Assembly (NCBI GenBank): GCA_965199495.1
Contig: CBDASK010000003.1
Location: 256,001-320,000 of the forward strand
DNA from: Abditibacterium sp.
GTDB lineage: Bacteria; Armatimonadota; Abditibacteriia; Abditibacteriales; Abditibacteriaceae
DNA: 64,000 nucleotides
Reading direction: 5' to 3'
The position numbers and the translations under genes were made by a program. A model generated the notes under the pieces. It had not been told where the DNA came from. It searched no databases and saw only the letters and a list, made by a program, of their open reading frames with translations. Positions 10,881 through 19,535 of this stretch are shown piece after piece; the stretch's first letter is position 1; the number at the start of each line of letters is the position of its first letter.

Positions 10881-10907
10881 AATAGAAAATGGAAGGCGAA
10901 GATATTT

Positions 10908-12155
10908 CTACAACAAATGCGGCGCCTCGCGATATTTACAAGTCAAATCAATCGGTTCATCCAACTGCCAATCGTTATCAGGCGCCATGCCGATAATTTC
11001 CTCATAAACATCCATAATCTGGCGCGCGACGACGGGCCAACTGTATTTCTCGTGCGCGTCTTGAAACGCGGCTTCGGTTAAGCGCGCGCGCAAATCGTCG
11101 TCGCTTAATATGCGTTCTATCGCGCCAGCCAATGCAACCACGTCGCCGGGCTGCACCAATAAACCGTTGACGTTGTCGGTCAAACAATCCACGACACCGA
11201 CGGCTTCGCACGAAACGACCGGCAAACCGCTCGCCATCGCTTCCAGAATCGTGTTACTGAATCCTTCGGCGTAAGTCGGCGACAAAAACACGTCGCCGCG
11301 CCGGTAAATCGCGGGCACATCGGCGTATTCGACGTAACCCAAAACTTGAACCGCATCGCCCAAATCCAATTCGGCAATGCGCTCGTTGACCGCATCGAAA
11401 TCGGGGCCGATACCCGAATAAACGATTTTGACGTTACGCCAGCGCGGGTTCTGGCGCAAAATCACAAACGCATCCAATAAATCTAACGCGCCTTTGCGAC
11501 GATCAACGCGGCCATGATACAGCAAAACCGGCGCATTCGGGTCGCGGAGTTCACCCAGTTTCAAGCCGTCGCGCGGCACGAATCGCGTCGCATCCACGGC
11601 GCCCGGCACGATGGTGAAGCGCGACAACGGCGTGTCGTGGTTTTCCTCGACTTCGCCCGCGAAACTCTGCGAACCGATCAGCAACGCACCCGCGTGATCG
11701 AACACGGTTGTAATCGCTTCTTTGTGCGTGGCGCAGCACAAACCGACCCAATGGCCATCGCCGCCCTGAATCGAAACGACGTTGGGTTTGCCGGTAATTT
11801 TAGACAATTCGAGCGCCGCCAATCCGGTCGGATAACCGTATTGCGCGTGAAACAAATCGAACGGTTTAGTTGCGTGTTCGCGCAACGCGATCTGCACCAT
11901 CGTCTCGATGTCGGCCTCGAAACTGGCGAGCGATTGCTGTTCGCCCAACGCTTCCAGACCGATAACTTTCACGCCTTCGACGGCGGGCGGCGGGCCGCCT
12001 CCGTAAACGCGCGTGCCCGCTTCATCGCCGCGATACTGCGAAATCATCGTGACATCGTGCCCGGCTTTGACTAACTCGCGCAGCAGGTTGATGGCATAAA
12101 CGCTCATGCCGGAAATCGCCGGGAAAAAGCGGCGGGAAATGAAACAAATTTTCAT
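10908..12155 (-). CDS. Glycosyltransferase family 4 (GT-B, retaining)
   Basis: GRVDRRKG and EGFSNTILEAMASGLPVV motifs. Confidence 0.92.
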   Translation of the reverse strand: MKICFISRRFFPAISGMSVYAINLLRELVKAGHDVTMISQYRGDEAGTRVYGGGPPPAVEGVKVIGLEALGEQQSLASFEADIETMVQIALREHATKPFDLFHAQYGYPTGLAALELSKITGKPNVVSIQGGDGHWVGLCCATHKEAITTVFDHAGALLIGSQSFAGEVEENHDTPLSRFTIVPGAVDATRFVPRDGLKLGELRDPNAPVLLYHGRVDRRKGALDLLDAFVILRQNPRWRNVKIVYSGIGPDFDAVNERIAELDLGDAVQVLGYVEYADVPAIYRRGDVFLSPTYAEGFSNTILEAMASGLPVVSCEAVGVVDCLTDNVNGLLVQPGDVVALAGAIERILSDDDLRARLTEAAFQDAHEKYSWPVVARQIMDVYEEIIGMAPDNDWQLDEPIDLTCKYREAPHLL

Positions 12156-12170
12156 AATTGATGATTGGAT

Positions 12171-12297
12171 TTAGCCACAGAGAACGCACAGAGGAACACA
12201 GAAAGAACGAAGAGAAGAGAAGAGAAGAGGGAGTAAAAAAACAATTTTCTCTTCGTTGCCCACTTTCTGTGTTCCTCTGTGTGTCCTCTGTGGCTAA
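12171..12297. repeat. Imperfect 35-bp inverted repeat (CACAGAG-type REP-like) with an internal GAAGA tandem
   Basis: TTAGCCACAGAGAACGCACAGAGGAACACAGAAAG (12171-12205) versus CTTTCTGTGTTCCTCTGTGTGTCCTCTGTGGCTAA (12263-12297). Overlaps the YcaO2 stop codon. Confidence 0.85.
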
Positions 12298-13757
12298 TTT
12301 GCTTCCTCCATGAAGCCCAGAACATGGCGACCCGGTTCGCGATAGAGCGGATACAAATCGCCGATAATCGCGTCCAACTGCGCGCTATCAAACCACGCGC
12401 CGGGAAATCGCGCTTGCGCCTCTTTGGTCAACGCGATTGGGCGCGCCGTGGCTGGTGCGTCGCCAAGGCCGACGAGCGGCGAATCGCGTTCGAGTAAGCG
12501 TTTCAAATTGCGCGCGCCGATGCGCCCGTAAGTCATAGTTTCGACTTCCAAACCCGGCACGACGGCTTTCAAAACGCAAACATCGGCGCCTGGCGGCGTG
12601 AACTGCGCGTAGTAAATTTCTAAATTTTCGGCGTTCAAACGCTGCGTTAAAACTTGGAGGAGTTGCGCATCGTCGCGGATTTGCGTCGTCGGCAATTCGG
12701 AGAATTTGCGCGTTTCGTTCACGGCAAAAATTGGGTCGCGCAACATCTCGAAGAATTGTTGGTGCGTCAAATTCATCCAAGCGCGCATTTCGCTTAAAGC
12801 GCGGTCGTCTTCGCTGCGCATCGTGGCGGGGCGAAACGCGGCCAGATAACCTTCGGGCACGAGCGGACGCACCAAATCGAGCGGCCCGTGATTGAAGGTT
12901 TTGCGCGCGCGCGCCATACAGAATTCGTGGAGCGCCTTGCCCAGCGCGACTTCACGGTCGGGATGAACCGCCTCGCCGCACGCCGAAAGCGCGATTGGCA
13001 ACGGCGCGCGCTGCAAATCGCGGTCGTAGCCGACGACGTAAAGGTTGACCATGCCGAAATCGAGCGCGGCGATTTTGACTGTAACTTCGATGCCCTGCTC
13101 GTCCAGATTCCTGAGCAGAGCGCGCGTTTGCGGGTCGCGCACTTCGTCTAATTCGACGCGCACGCCGCGATCCAAGGCGCGATAACTCACGCTGTTGCCA
13201 TCGCGTTGCAACTGTTCCAAAACGCCGTGCGCGAGGGCGCGCTCGAACGTCGGCCCGGCGCCCAAACCGTTGGTAATCGGCACGCCGACAAAACTCGATG
13301 GATCGGCGCCTGCTTCAATATCGGCGTAGCGCGGCGCGACGAATTCAATCGGACACCACGTTTTTTCGCCATCGGGATGGCGCGCGATTTCGACCCATCC
13401 GAGCGGCATCGCGGGCGTGTAAATCGTGCCGACTTGCAAGTTCAGCGAAACCGGATCGAGCGCGTTTTCGCCGCGCTGGTTCAGTTCGTCGAACGAAGCG
13501 CGGATTCGCGGCATTTGCTTGAGCGCATCGCGCGCGTGAAACCATTCGATGGCCTCGCCCCACGCCGAAGTTTGGGCGCGCTCCAAAGTCGGGCCGTAGC
13601 CAAAACCATCGTTAAGCGCGCCGTCTTGCGTCAACAAAATGACGCTCCAAAGCGGCGCGCTTAAACGGTCAATGGCGCCAAAAGGAAACTCGAAAACCGT
13701 GGCGCTGCGAAGAGCCACGCCGGGCGATTTGCGGTAGAGGTTGAGTGGCAAATTCAT
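12294..13757 (-). CDS. YcaO-like family protein (paralogue 2)
   Basis: GFGYG..LERAQTSAWGEAIE, ITNGLGAG...GVLEQLQRDG and KAVVPGLEVET motifs. ATG 13757 overlaps the upstream stop (ATGA). Confidence 0.85.
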   Translation of the reverse strand: MNLPLNLYRKSPGVALRSATVFEFPFGAIDRLSAPLWSVILLTQDGALNDGFGYGPTLERAQTSAWGEAIEWFHARDALKQMPRIRASFDELNQRGENALDPVSLNLQVGTIYTPAMPLGWVEIARHPDGEKTWCPIEFVAPRYADIEAGADPSSFVGVPITNGLGAGPTFERALAHGVLEQLQRDGNSVSYRALDRGVRVELDEVRDPQTRALLRNLDEQGIEVTVKIAALDFGMVNLYVVGYDRDLQRAPLPIALSACGEAVHPDREVALGKALHEFCMARARKTFNHGPLDLVRPLVPEGYLAAFRPATMRSEDDRALSEMRAWMNLTHQQFFEMLRDPIFAVNETRKFSELPTTQIRDDAQLLQVLTQRLNAENLEIYYAQFTPPGADVCVLKAVVPGLEVETMTYGRIGARNLKRLLERDSPLVGLGDAPATARPIALTKEAQARFPGAWFDSAQLDAIIGDLYPLYREPGRHVLGFMEEAN

Positions 13758-14569
13758 AGACAAATCTCCATTGGCCCGAAAAACGGCGCGCCATTGAGTT
13801 GCGCCTCGAACAATTGCAACGCCGCCGCGCGCGCATGGGCGGGAGCGCGCTCGAACGTGGTGTAAACGTGATCGAATTCGAGCGCGCGCACCACATCGCG
13901 GTAACGGCGCACCTCGGCGTGGCTCATCGGAACTCGGCGGTTAAACGCTTTGTGCGTCGAAATGCCGATGGTTTTGTCGCCGTCGAAATGAAACTTGAGC
14001 ATATCGCCCGCGAACAGAATTTTTTGCTCGCCAAACAAATGCAAAACGCTGTGCCCGGCGAAATGTCCCGCCGTGTGAACCAAACGCGCGCCGGGCGCGA
14101 AACCGACTTGTTCGTCGAACGGAAAATCGGTATGGAGCGTTTGCGTCCAACCCAAATCTTCGACTTGCACTAAAATCTGCGGCGCGAAACGTTGCTGCAA
14201 TTGCCACGCGGCGCCAAACGCGTGCGGATGCGAAAAACTGAGGTGCGCGATGCCGCCGCGCGACTCGATAAAATCGAGCGCGTCGGCATCGTAGAATCCG
14301 CAACTCTCGAAGAAAATGTTGCCCGTCGCGCGCGGAATTAAATAACCGCTCGGCCCGATGCCCAACTTCGGCTCGGTCGAGAAAGTGATAACGCCCAGTT
14401 CGTCTTCGTGCCAGCGCGTTTGATAGCGCGCGGCGACTTCGTTAAACGTTAAAAATTCCCATCCATCTTCGGGTGGCGTATGCCGAAAATCGAGGCAAAT
14501 TGGACAACTTGCGGGCGTCGCGAAATGGAGTTGCCAGAAGCCACAATTGGTGCAAAGATAATGGTTCAC
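13754..14569 (-). CDS. MBL-fold metallo-hydrolase with N-terminal CxxC...CxxC
   Basis: CTNCG...CPIC, SHPH, GHFAGH and FAGD motifs. GTG 14569 follows a GAGGA RBS and overlaps the upstream stop. Confidence 0.82.
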   Translation of the reverse strand: MNHYLCTNCGFWQLHFATPASCPICLDFRHTPPEDGWEFLTFNEVAARYQTRWHEDELGVITFSTEPKLGIGPSGYLIPRATGNIFFESCGFYDADALDFIESRGGIAHLSFSHPHAFGAAWQLQQRFAPQILVQVEDLGWTQTLHTDFPFDEQVGFAPGARLVHTAGHFAGHSVLHLFGEQKILFAGDMLKFHFDGDKTIGISTHKAFNRRVPMSHAEVRRYRDVVRALEFDHVYTTFERAPAHARAAALQLFEAQLNGAPFFGPMEICL

Positions 14570-15618
14570 GAAGTTGATTCCTCGACCAAAGTGCCGCCCG
14601 CGCAATTGATCGCGGTATGTAAAAGTTGCATGGTGTGCAAGTCGCGCGCGGGCGCGAACGGGAAAGTTTCGCCGCTCAACAGCGCGCGCGAAAACGCCTC
14701 GACGCCATTACGAAACGGCGAAACATCGCGCGTTTTATCCAATTCGATGTTGCGAGTTTCGCCGCTTTGCGCATCCACGATTTCGAGAGTGCCGCCGGGC
14801 GTTTGACCCATCGTGTTGCGCGCGCGCGCCATCGCGCGCGTGCCGATGATTTCGAGCGTGCGGCGCGGGTAATTATCCGGGCAATTGTAAGCGACGTTCA
14901 TCGTCAAAAGCGCGTCGTTTTGGAAGCGGCCAATCAACGTCGCGCCGTCGTCCACGGCATAATCGAAGACGCGGCGTTGCAGCAGACACGCGACTTCGAT
15001 GAGCGGCTGGCCCAGCAACATCTGCGTCAAATCCAGACCGTGCGGCGCCAAATCAATCAGCGCGCCACCGCCCGCGCGCGCGGGGTCAACGCGCCAGTTA
15101 TCGTGCGAACCGTCGTCCGAATCGGGCTTCCAAGTTGGCGGCGTCCAGCACGCATAATGCACACGCGCCAGCGTGATGTCGCCCAACTCTCCGCGTTCAA
15201 TCAACGCGCGCAACTGTTCGTGTGCCGCGTGAAATCGTTGGTCGAATGCCGTCGCGTAAACCACGTTATTTTCGGCGCAAACTTCAGTCATGGCGCGCGC
15301 GTCTTCGAGCGTCGTCGCCATCGGTTTTTCGCACAAAACGTGCTTGCCCGCGCGCGCCGCTCTTTCCGTTATCGCCCGATGCAAATGGTTGGGCGTCGCC
15401 ACATAAACCGCGTCAACATCGCATTGGAGCATCGCATTTAAATCGGTAAACGTCGCAGCATCGGGCGTTTGCGATTTAATGCGCTCCAATGCAGCCACGT
15501 CGGGGTCGCACAGCGCGACGAGCGCGGCGGACGGCGCAACGCGCAACGCGGGCGCGACGTAATCGCGCGCGACCCAGCCGCAACCGACGAGGCCCCAGCG
15601 AATAGTTTGTCTTTTCAT
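14566..15618 (-). CDS. Gfo/Idh/MocA family oxidoreductase (inositol dehydrogenase-like fold)
   Basis: GCGWVA, VATPNHLH, HVLCEKPMA and GGGALIDLAPH motifs. Confidence 0.92.
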   Translation of the reverse strand: MKRQTIRWGLVGCGWVARDYVAPALRVAPSAALVALCDPDVAALERIKSQTPDAATFTDLNAMLQCDVDAVYVATPNHLHRAITERAARAGKHVLCEKPMATTLEDARAMTEVCAENNVVYATAFDQRFHAAHEQLRALIERGELGDITLARVHYACWTPPTWKPDSDDGSHDNWRVDPARAGGGALIDLAPHGLDLTQMLLGQPLIEVACLLQRRVFDYAVDDGATLIGRFQNDALLTMNVAYNCPDNYPRRTLEIIGTRAMARARNTMGQTPGGTLEIVDAQSGETRNIELDKTRDVSPFRNGVEAFSRALLSGETFPFAPARDLHTMQLLHTAINCAGGTLVEESTS

Positions 15619-15672
15619 GTTGATTTTCAAATTCGCGCAGAACGTAGCAACGCAGCAACGCGGATTTGAAAC

Positions 15673-16737
15673 TTATTTGAATCCCGCTTCGCGCATAATT
15701 TCCAACTGAAACTTTTGCACCGGGCCGGGATGAATAATATCCATTTCGTCCAAAGCCACGTCGAGCGTGAAGGCGGCGCTACGCGCGTGCCATTCCATTT
15801 CCAAAACGCGGTCGAGCGAATCGGCGACCTGAAACGATTTCGACGTGGGCGTATCAGCGCGATAAACGTTATCGAGCGCCGCGCGCGCTTTTTCGGCCAA
15901 CTCATCGGGCAACTGTGCCAGCGAACGTTCGCGAAATGTTTGTATGAGCGGCGCGTGATATTCACCCAGCAAAACGTCGCCTGCATCGCCCGCGTCGGGC
16001 AAATAAGCATTGTGAAAATGATGGCTTAGCCCGGTGAGAAAACATTCGCCCGCGTCGGCCTTATATAAAGACGACGCCAAAACGCAATTGACCGCGACGA
16101 TTGAGCAATGTTCGGCGTGATTTTCGGTCGGCTCTAACACGACACGCGCATAGCCGGGCCGTGTCGCCCCGGCCCGTGGCTGCGTTGCCAACCGTTCGAC
16201 GAATTCCGCTTCTTTTACAGATTTATAGCCCTTCACATTGGATTGGCTACACCTGTTCAAGGGCGGGGCTTGCGCCCTCTTCCAATCGTGACTTCTCTTC
16301 GCGCCCCGATTGGAAGAGGGCGCAAGCCCCGCCCTTGGAGCCTTCGCACTGTGAAGGGCTATATCAACAGATGAATTTCCATCATCTTGAATTGTGAGCG
16401 AATCGGACGAGAGTTGGGCGCGCAGTTTTCGGGCGAATTCGTCGGGCAAAACGTTCGCGCTGGCATCGAACGCGCGTTGCAGAATTTGCAGACGCGCGTC
16501 GGCTGCGATGTCGCCATCGTCCAAAACGTGCGCGTCAATGCCCGCCAACTTCGCCGCGACGACGGCGTTGGCCGTTTCGCTCAAAGCGACAATTTCGAGC
16601 GATTCGCCCGCGACTAAACGCGCCCAACTGCAACGAAACAAACGCTCCGCGATGGAGCCGTCAAGACCAGCCACGCGCAGGCGCTTGAGATCGTTGAGTT
16701 CGCGAAACAAAGGCAATAGCGAGGAAACGGAAGCCAT
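15673..16737 (-). CDS. HD-domain-like protein carrying an in-frame 46-aa palindromic insertion
   Basis: ELNDLKR, ENHAEH, SHHFHNAYLPD and ADSLD resemble YfbR-type HD motifs. The ORF stays open across the element at 16224-16363. Confidence 0.7.
   Translation of the reverse strand: MASVSSLLPLFRELNDLKRLRVAGLDGSIAERLFRCSWARLVAGESLEIVALSETANAVVAAKLAGIDAHVLDDGDIAADARLQILQRAFDASANVLPDEFARKLRAQLSSDSLTIQDDGNSSVDIALHSAKAPRAGLAPSSNRGAKRSHDWKRAQAPPLNRCSQSNVKGYKSVKEAEFVERLATQPRAGATRPGYARVVLEPTENHAEHCSIVAVNCVLASSLYKADAGECFLTGLSHHFHNAYLPDAGDAGDVLLGEYHAPLIQTFRERSLAQLPDELAEKARAALDNVYRADTPTSKSFQVADSLDRVLEMEWHARSAAFTLDVALDEMDIIHPGPVQKFQLEIMREAGFK
16224..16363. mobile_element. MITE-like nested palindromic element inserted in a CDS
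   Basis: Outer inverted repeat TATAGCCCTTCACA (16224-16237) / TGTGAAGGGCTATA (16350-16363). Inner perfect 31-bp inverted repeat at 16258-16288 / 16307-16337. Consistent with a TA target duplication. Confidence 0.8.
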
Positions 16738-17925
16738 TTATGCCTCGACCAACTCGTGCGCGTTGGCGCGCGCTTTCATCTTTTCAATCGCTTGCATCAT
16801 CAACTCTTCGTCCACTTCGTGAACATTGAAACCTTCGCCAATCGAGCGCAACATTTGAATCGTCAGCTCGCCGCCCAAATGTTCGCGAAATTCGCGCAAG
16901 CCGCGAAACACCGAGTCGGGATGATCCAAATCATCGGCGTGATTATCCAATTCGGGCGTGTATAAATCGAAGCCGACGGCTTCGAGCGTTTGCAAAACGC
17001 GTTCGGCGTCTTCGTCGCAAATCCAACCTTGCAACGCCGAATACGTCACATCCAATGCCAGACCAATCGCGACGGCTTCGGCGTGACGCAACCGATAATC
17101 AGTGACTTGTTCCAATTTATGCGCCGACCAATGGCCGAAATCCAAGGGGCGCGAACTGCCCATTTCAAACGGATCGCCACCCTCGCAAATGTGGCGGACG
17201 TGCAATTGCGCGCAACGATGAATCAGTTCGCCCATCGCGCCCATGTCGCGCGCGGCGAGCTTGTCGGCGTTGGCTTCGATGAAATCGAAAAAATCGGCGT
17301 CTTTGATCAAAGCGACTTTAATCGCTTCGGCGATGCCGCCGCGCCATTCGCGGTCGGGCAAAGTTTCCAAAAACTTGAAATCGTTTAACACGGCATAAGC
17401 GGGCGCGAAGGTGCCGATGAAGTTCTTTTTGCCGAAGAAATTAATGCCGTTTTTCACGCCGACGCCCGAATCGTTCTGGCTTAAAGTTGTCGTTGGCACG
17501 CGCAATAAACGGATGCCCCGGTGCGCCGTGGCTGCGGCGTAGCCGACCAAATCGAGAATCGCGCCGCCGCCGATGACGGCGAGGTAAGAATGCCGGTCTA
17601 AACCGGTTTCGTTGACGGCGGTTTGAATTTCCAAAACCAGTTCGGGCCGGTTCTTGATATTTTCGCCGCCTTCCAAAAGCAAAACTTCGCCCACCAATTC
17701 GAGTTCGTTGTGGGCGGCAAAATAAGACTCGATGCGCGTTTTCACGTCGCAAAAATCGTTGACGGATTGGTCAACAACCCACAAAATGCGCGTCGGTTTG
17801 GCGAGCGCATCGTCGCCGCGCACGACTTGAATCAAAAGGGAATTTTCGGGAGCAAACAGGTCGGTAGTGAAATGAACGTCGTAATTAAAAGCGACTTGAA
17901 CGTGTCCTTGAATAGGTTGCAACAT
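16738..17925 (-). CDS. Sugar-phosphate cyclase, 3-dehydroquinate synthase-like (EboD-type)
   Basis: GGGAILD, AATAHRG, PTTTLSQNDSGVGVKNGIN, KVALIKD and GDPFEMGSSRPLDFGHWSAHKLE match the EboD-like subgroup rather than canonical AroB (LNxGHTxGHAxE). Confidence 0.85.
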   Translation of the reverse strand: MLQPIQGHVQVAFNYDVHFTTDLFAPENSLLIQVVRGDDALAKPTRILWVVDQSVNDFCDVKTRIESYFAAHNELELVGEVLLLEGGENIKNRPELVLEIQTAVNETGLDRHSYLAVIGGGAILDLVGYAAATAHRGIRLLRVPTTTLSQNDSGVGVKNGINFFGKKNFIGTFAPAYAVLNDFKFLETLPDREWRGGIAEAIKVALIKDADFFDFIEANADKLAARDMGAMGELIHRCAQLHVRHICEGGDPFEMGSSRPLDFGHWSAHKLEQVTDYRLRHAEAVAIGLALDVTYSALQGWICDEDAERVLQTLEAVGFDLYTPELDNHADDLDHPDSVFRGLREFREHLGGELTIQMLRSIGEGFNVHEVDEELMMQAIEKMKARANAHELVEA

Positions 17926-18149
17926 GAGACTTTTCGCGCCAAGTTTTGCCGTTTGCGGACGACAAGAGTCGGCGGCAAACGAACGATAAATTGGGGTTGG
18001 GCGCGAGCCATTTCATTTAACAAATGGCGTGCCTTTTCCGGCAGAGAATTCCCTTGCTAAGCGGGGAGAAACCCTTGATTTCCAAAACTTTTTGCAATAA
18101 CAGAAAACGTTAAACTCAGCGGCGCTTCGCTTGCGAAGAGAAACTTTCC

Positions 18150-19082
18150 ATGAAAATTTTAGTCACTGGCGGCGCCGGTTTTATTGGCTCCCACCTCTGC
18201 GACGCGTTTGCCCGCGATAACCACGTAGTCGCGGCTTTGGACAACCTATCGAGCGGCGAAAATCTGGCGCCGCAAACCCGATTATTTCAAATTGATATTC
18301 GCGACGCCGACGCGGTCGCGCGCGCGATGCGCGAGTTCGCGCCCGATTGCGTGGTTCACTGCGCGGCGCAAATGGATGTGCGAACCTCGGTCGCCGACCC
18401 GGCGTTCGATGCGAGCGTAAATATCGTCGGCGGCTTGAACGTGTTGGGGGCGGCGCAAAGCGCGGGCGCGACGCGGTTCATTTTTGCCTCGACGGGCGGC
18501 GCGATTTATGGCGAACCCGCGCAGATGCCGGTGCCCGAAAGCGCGCCCAAAAATCCCGAATCGCCTTATGGTTTGAGCAAAGCGAGCTTCGAGAATTATC
18601 TCGCGCTGACGAGCAAACGCGGCGAGATCGTGCCGGTTGTTTTGCGCTACTCCAACGTTTATGGCCCGCGTCAGGGCGTGGGCGGCGAGGCGGGCGTCGT
18701 CGCGGTTTTCGCCCAACGATTGTTGAACGGCCAAACCTGCACGATTTTCGGCGATGGCACGTCAGCCCGCGATTACGTTTATGTCGGCGATGTCGTCGCT
18801 GCCAATGTCGCCGCTTTGACGCGCGGCGATAATCAGCAAATCAACATCGGCACGGGCGAATTGACAACTATCGAAGAAGTTTTCGCCCAAGTGCGCGCCG
18901 CCGTGGCTGATGTCACGGGCCACGCCGTCGAAAGCGCGCCGGAATATGCGCCGCTTCGTGCGGGCGAAGTCGAAAAAATCAGTCTTGATGCCAGTCGCGC
19001 GCGCGAAGTTTTGGGTTGGACGCCGCAAATGAAGTTCGCCGACGGCGTGCGCAACGCGGTGGATTGGTTGGCGAAACATTAA
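18150..19082 (+). CDS. NAD-dependent epimerase/dehydratase (UDP-glucose 4-epimerase-like)
   Basis: TGGAGFIG, YGLSK, RYSNVYGPRQ and RDYVYV motifs. Confidence 0.9.
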   Translation: MKILVTGGAGFIGSHLCDAFARDNHVVAALDNLSSGENLAPQTRLFQIDIRDADAVARAMREFAPDCVVHCAAQMDVRTSVADPAFDASVNIVGGLNVLGAAQSAGATRFIFASTGGAIYGEPAQMPVPESAPKNPESPYGLSKASFENYLALTSKRGEIVPVVLRYSNVYGPRQGVGGEAGVVAVFAQRLLNGQTCTIFGDGTSARDYVYVGDVVAANVAALTRGDNQQINIGTGELTTIEEVFAQVRAAVADVTGHAVESAPEYAPLRAGEVEKISLDASRAREVLGWTPQMKFADGVRNAVDWLAKH

Positions 19083-19092
19083 TGGTGATTAG

Positions 19093-19124
19093 TTGATTTT
19101 TATAACGCTCTGCATTATAAAAAT
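19093..19124 (+). promoter_or_regulatory. Putative sigma70 promoter overlapped by a palindromic operator, upstream of the TA pair
   Basis: TTGATT (19093) - 17 nt - TATAAA (19116). Inverted repeat ATTTTTATAA-N9-TTATAAAAAT at 19096-19124. Confidence 0.6.
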
Positions 19125-19148
19125 TGGAGCGTAGACGGGAGGTTAAAC

Positions 19149-19535
19149 GTGAAAATTTACAAGAACAAGCTCTTTGCGACTTTCGCTCGCAAACAAAACA
19201 TCAGCGACGCCGATTTGTGCGACGCCATCGAGCGCGCGGAAAGCGGGTTAATCGATGCTGATATGGGCGGAGGCGTGATTAAACAGCGCATCGCGCGACC
19301 GAACGAAGGCAGATCGGGCGGTTTTCGCACCATCGTTTTCTTTCGCGTGGCAGAGCGCGCGTTTTTCGTTTTTGGCTTTGCCAAAAATCAGCGAGATAAC
19401 ATCAGTCCAAAGGATTTGAAGATATTCAAAGATGCGGCTCAGGTGACTTTGAATTTTACGTCTGAAGAGATAGAAGCGGCTATCGAAGCCGCAAAACTTA
19501 TCGAGGTGAATTGCGATGAAGACCTACAAAAGTGA
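19149..19535 (+). CDS. Type II toxin, RelE/ParE superfamily (DUF1044-like)
   Basis: ADMGGGVIKQRIAR..EGRSGGFRTI...FVFGFAKN motifs. Confidence 0.88.
   Translation: MKIYKNKLFATFARKQNISDADLCDAIERAESGLIDADMGGGVIKQRIARPNEGRSGGFRTIVFFRVAERAFFVFGFAKNQRDNISPKDLKIFKDAAQVTLNFTSEEIEAAIEAAKLIEVNCDEDLQK

Noticed and set aside
8445..13757. Classical azole/thioamide RiPP cluster
   Set aside because: No precursor, E1/RRE partner, TfuA, dehydrogenase or transporter is visible. The short ORFs here (for example 12152-12391 and 10070-10291) are translations of palindromes or antisense frames.
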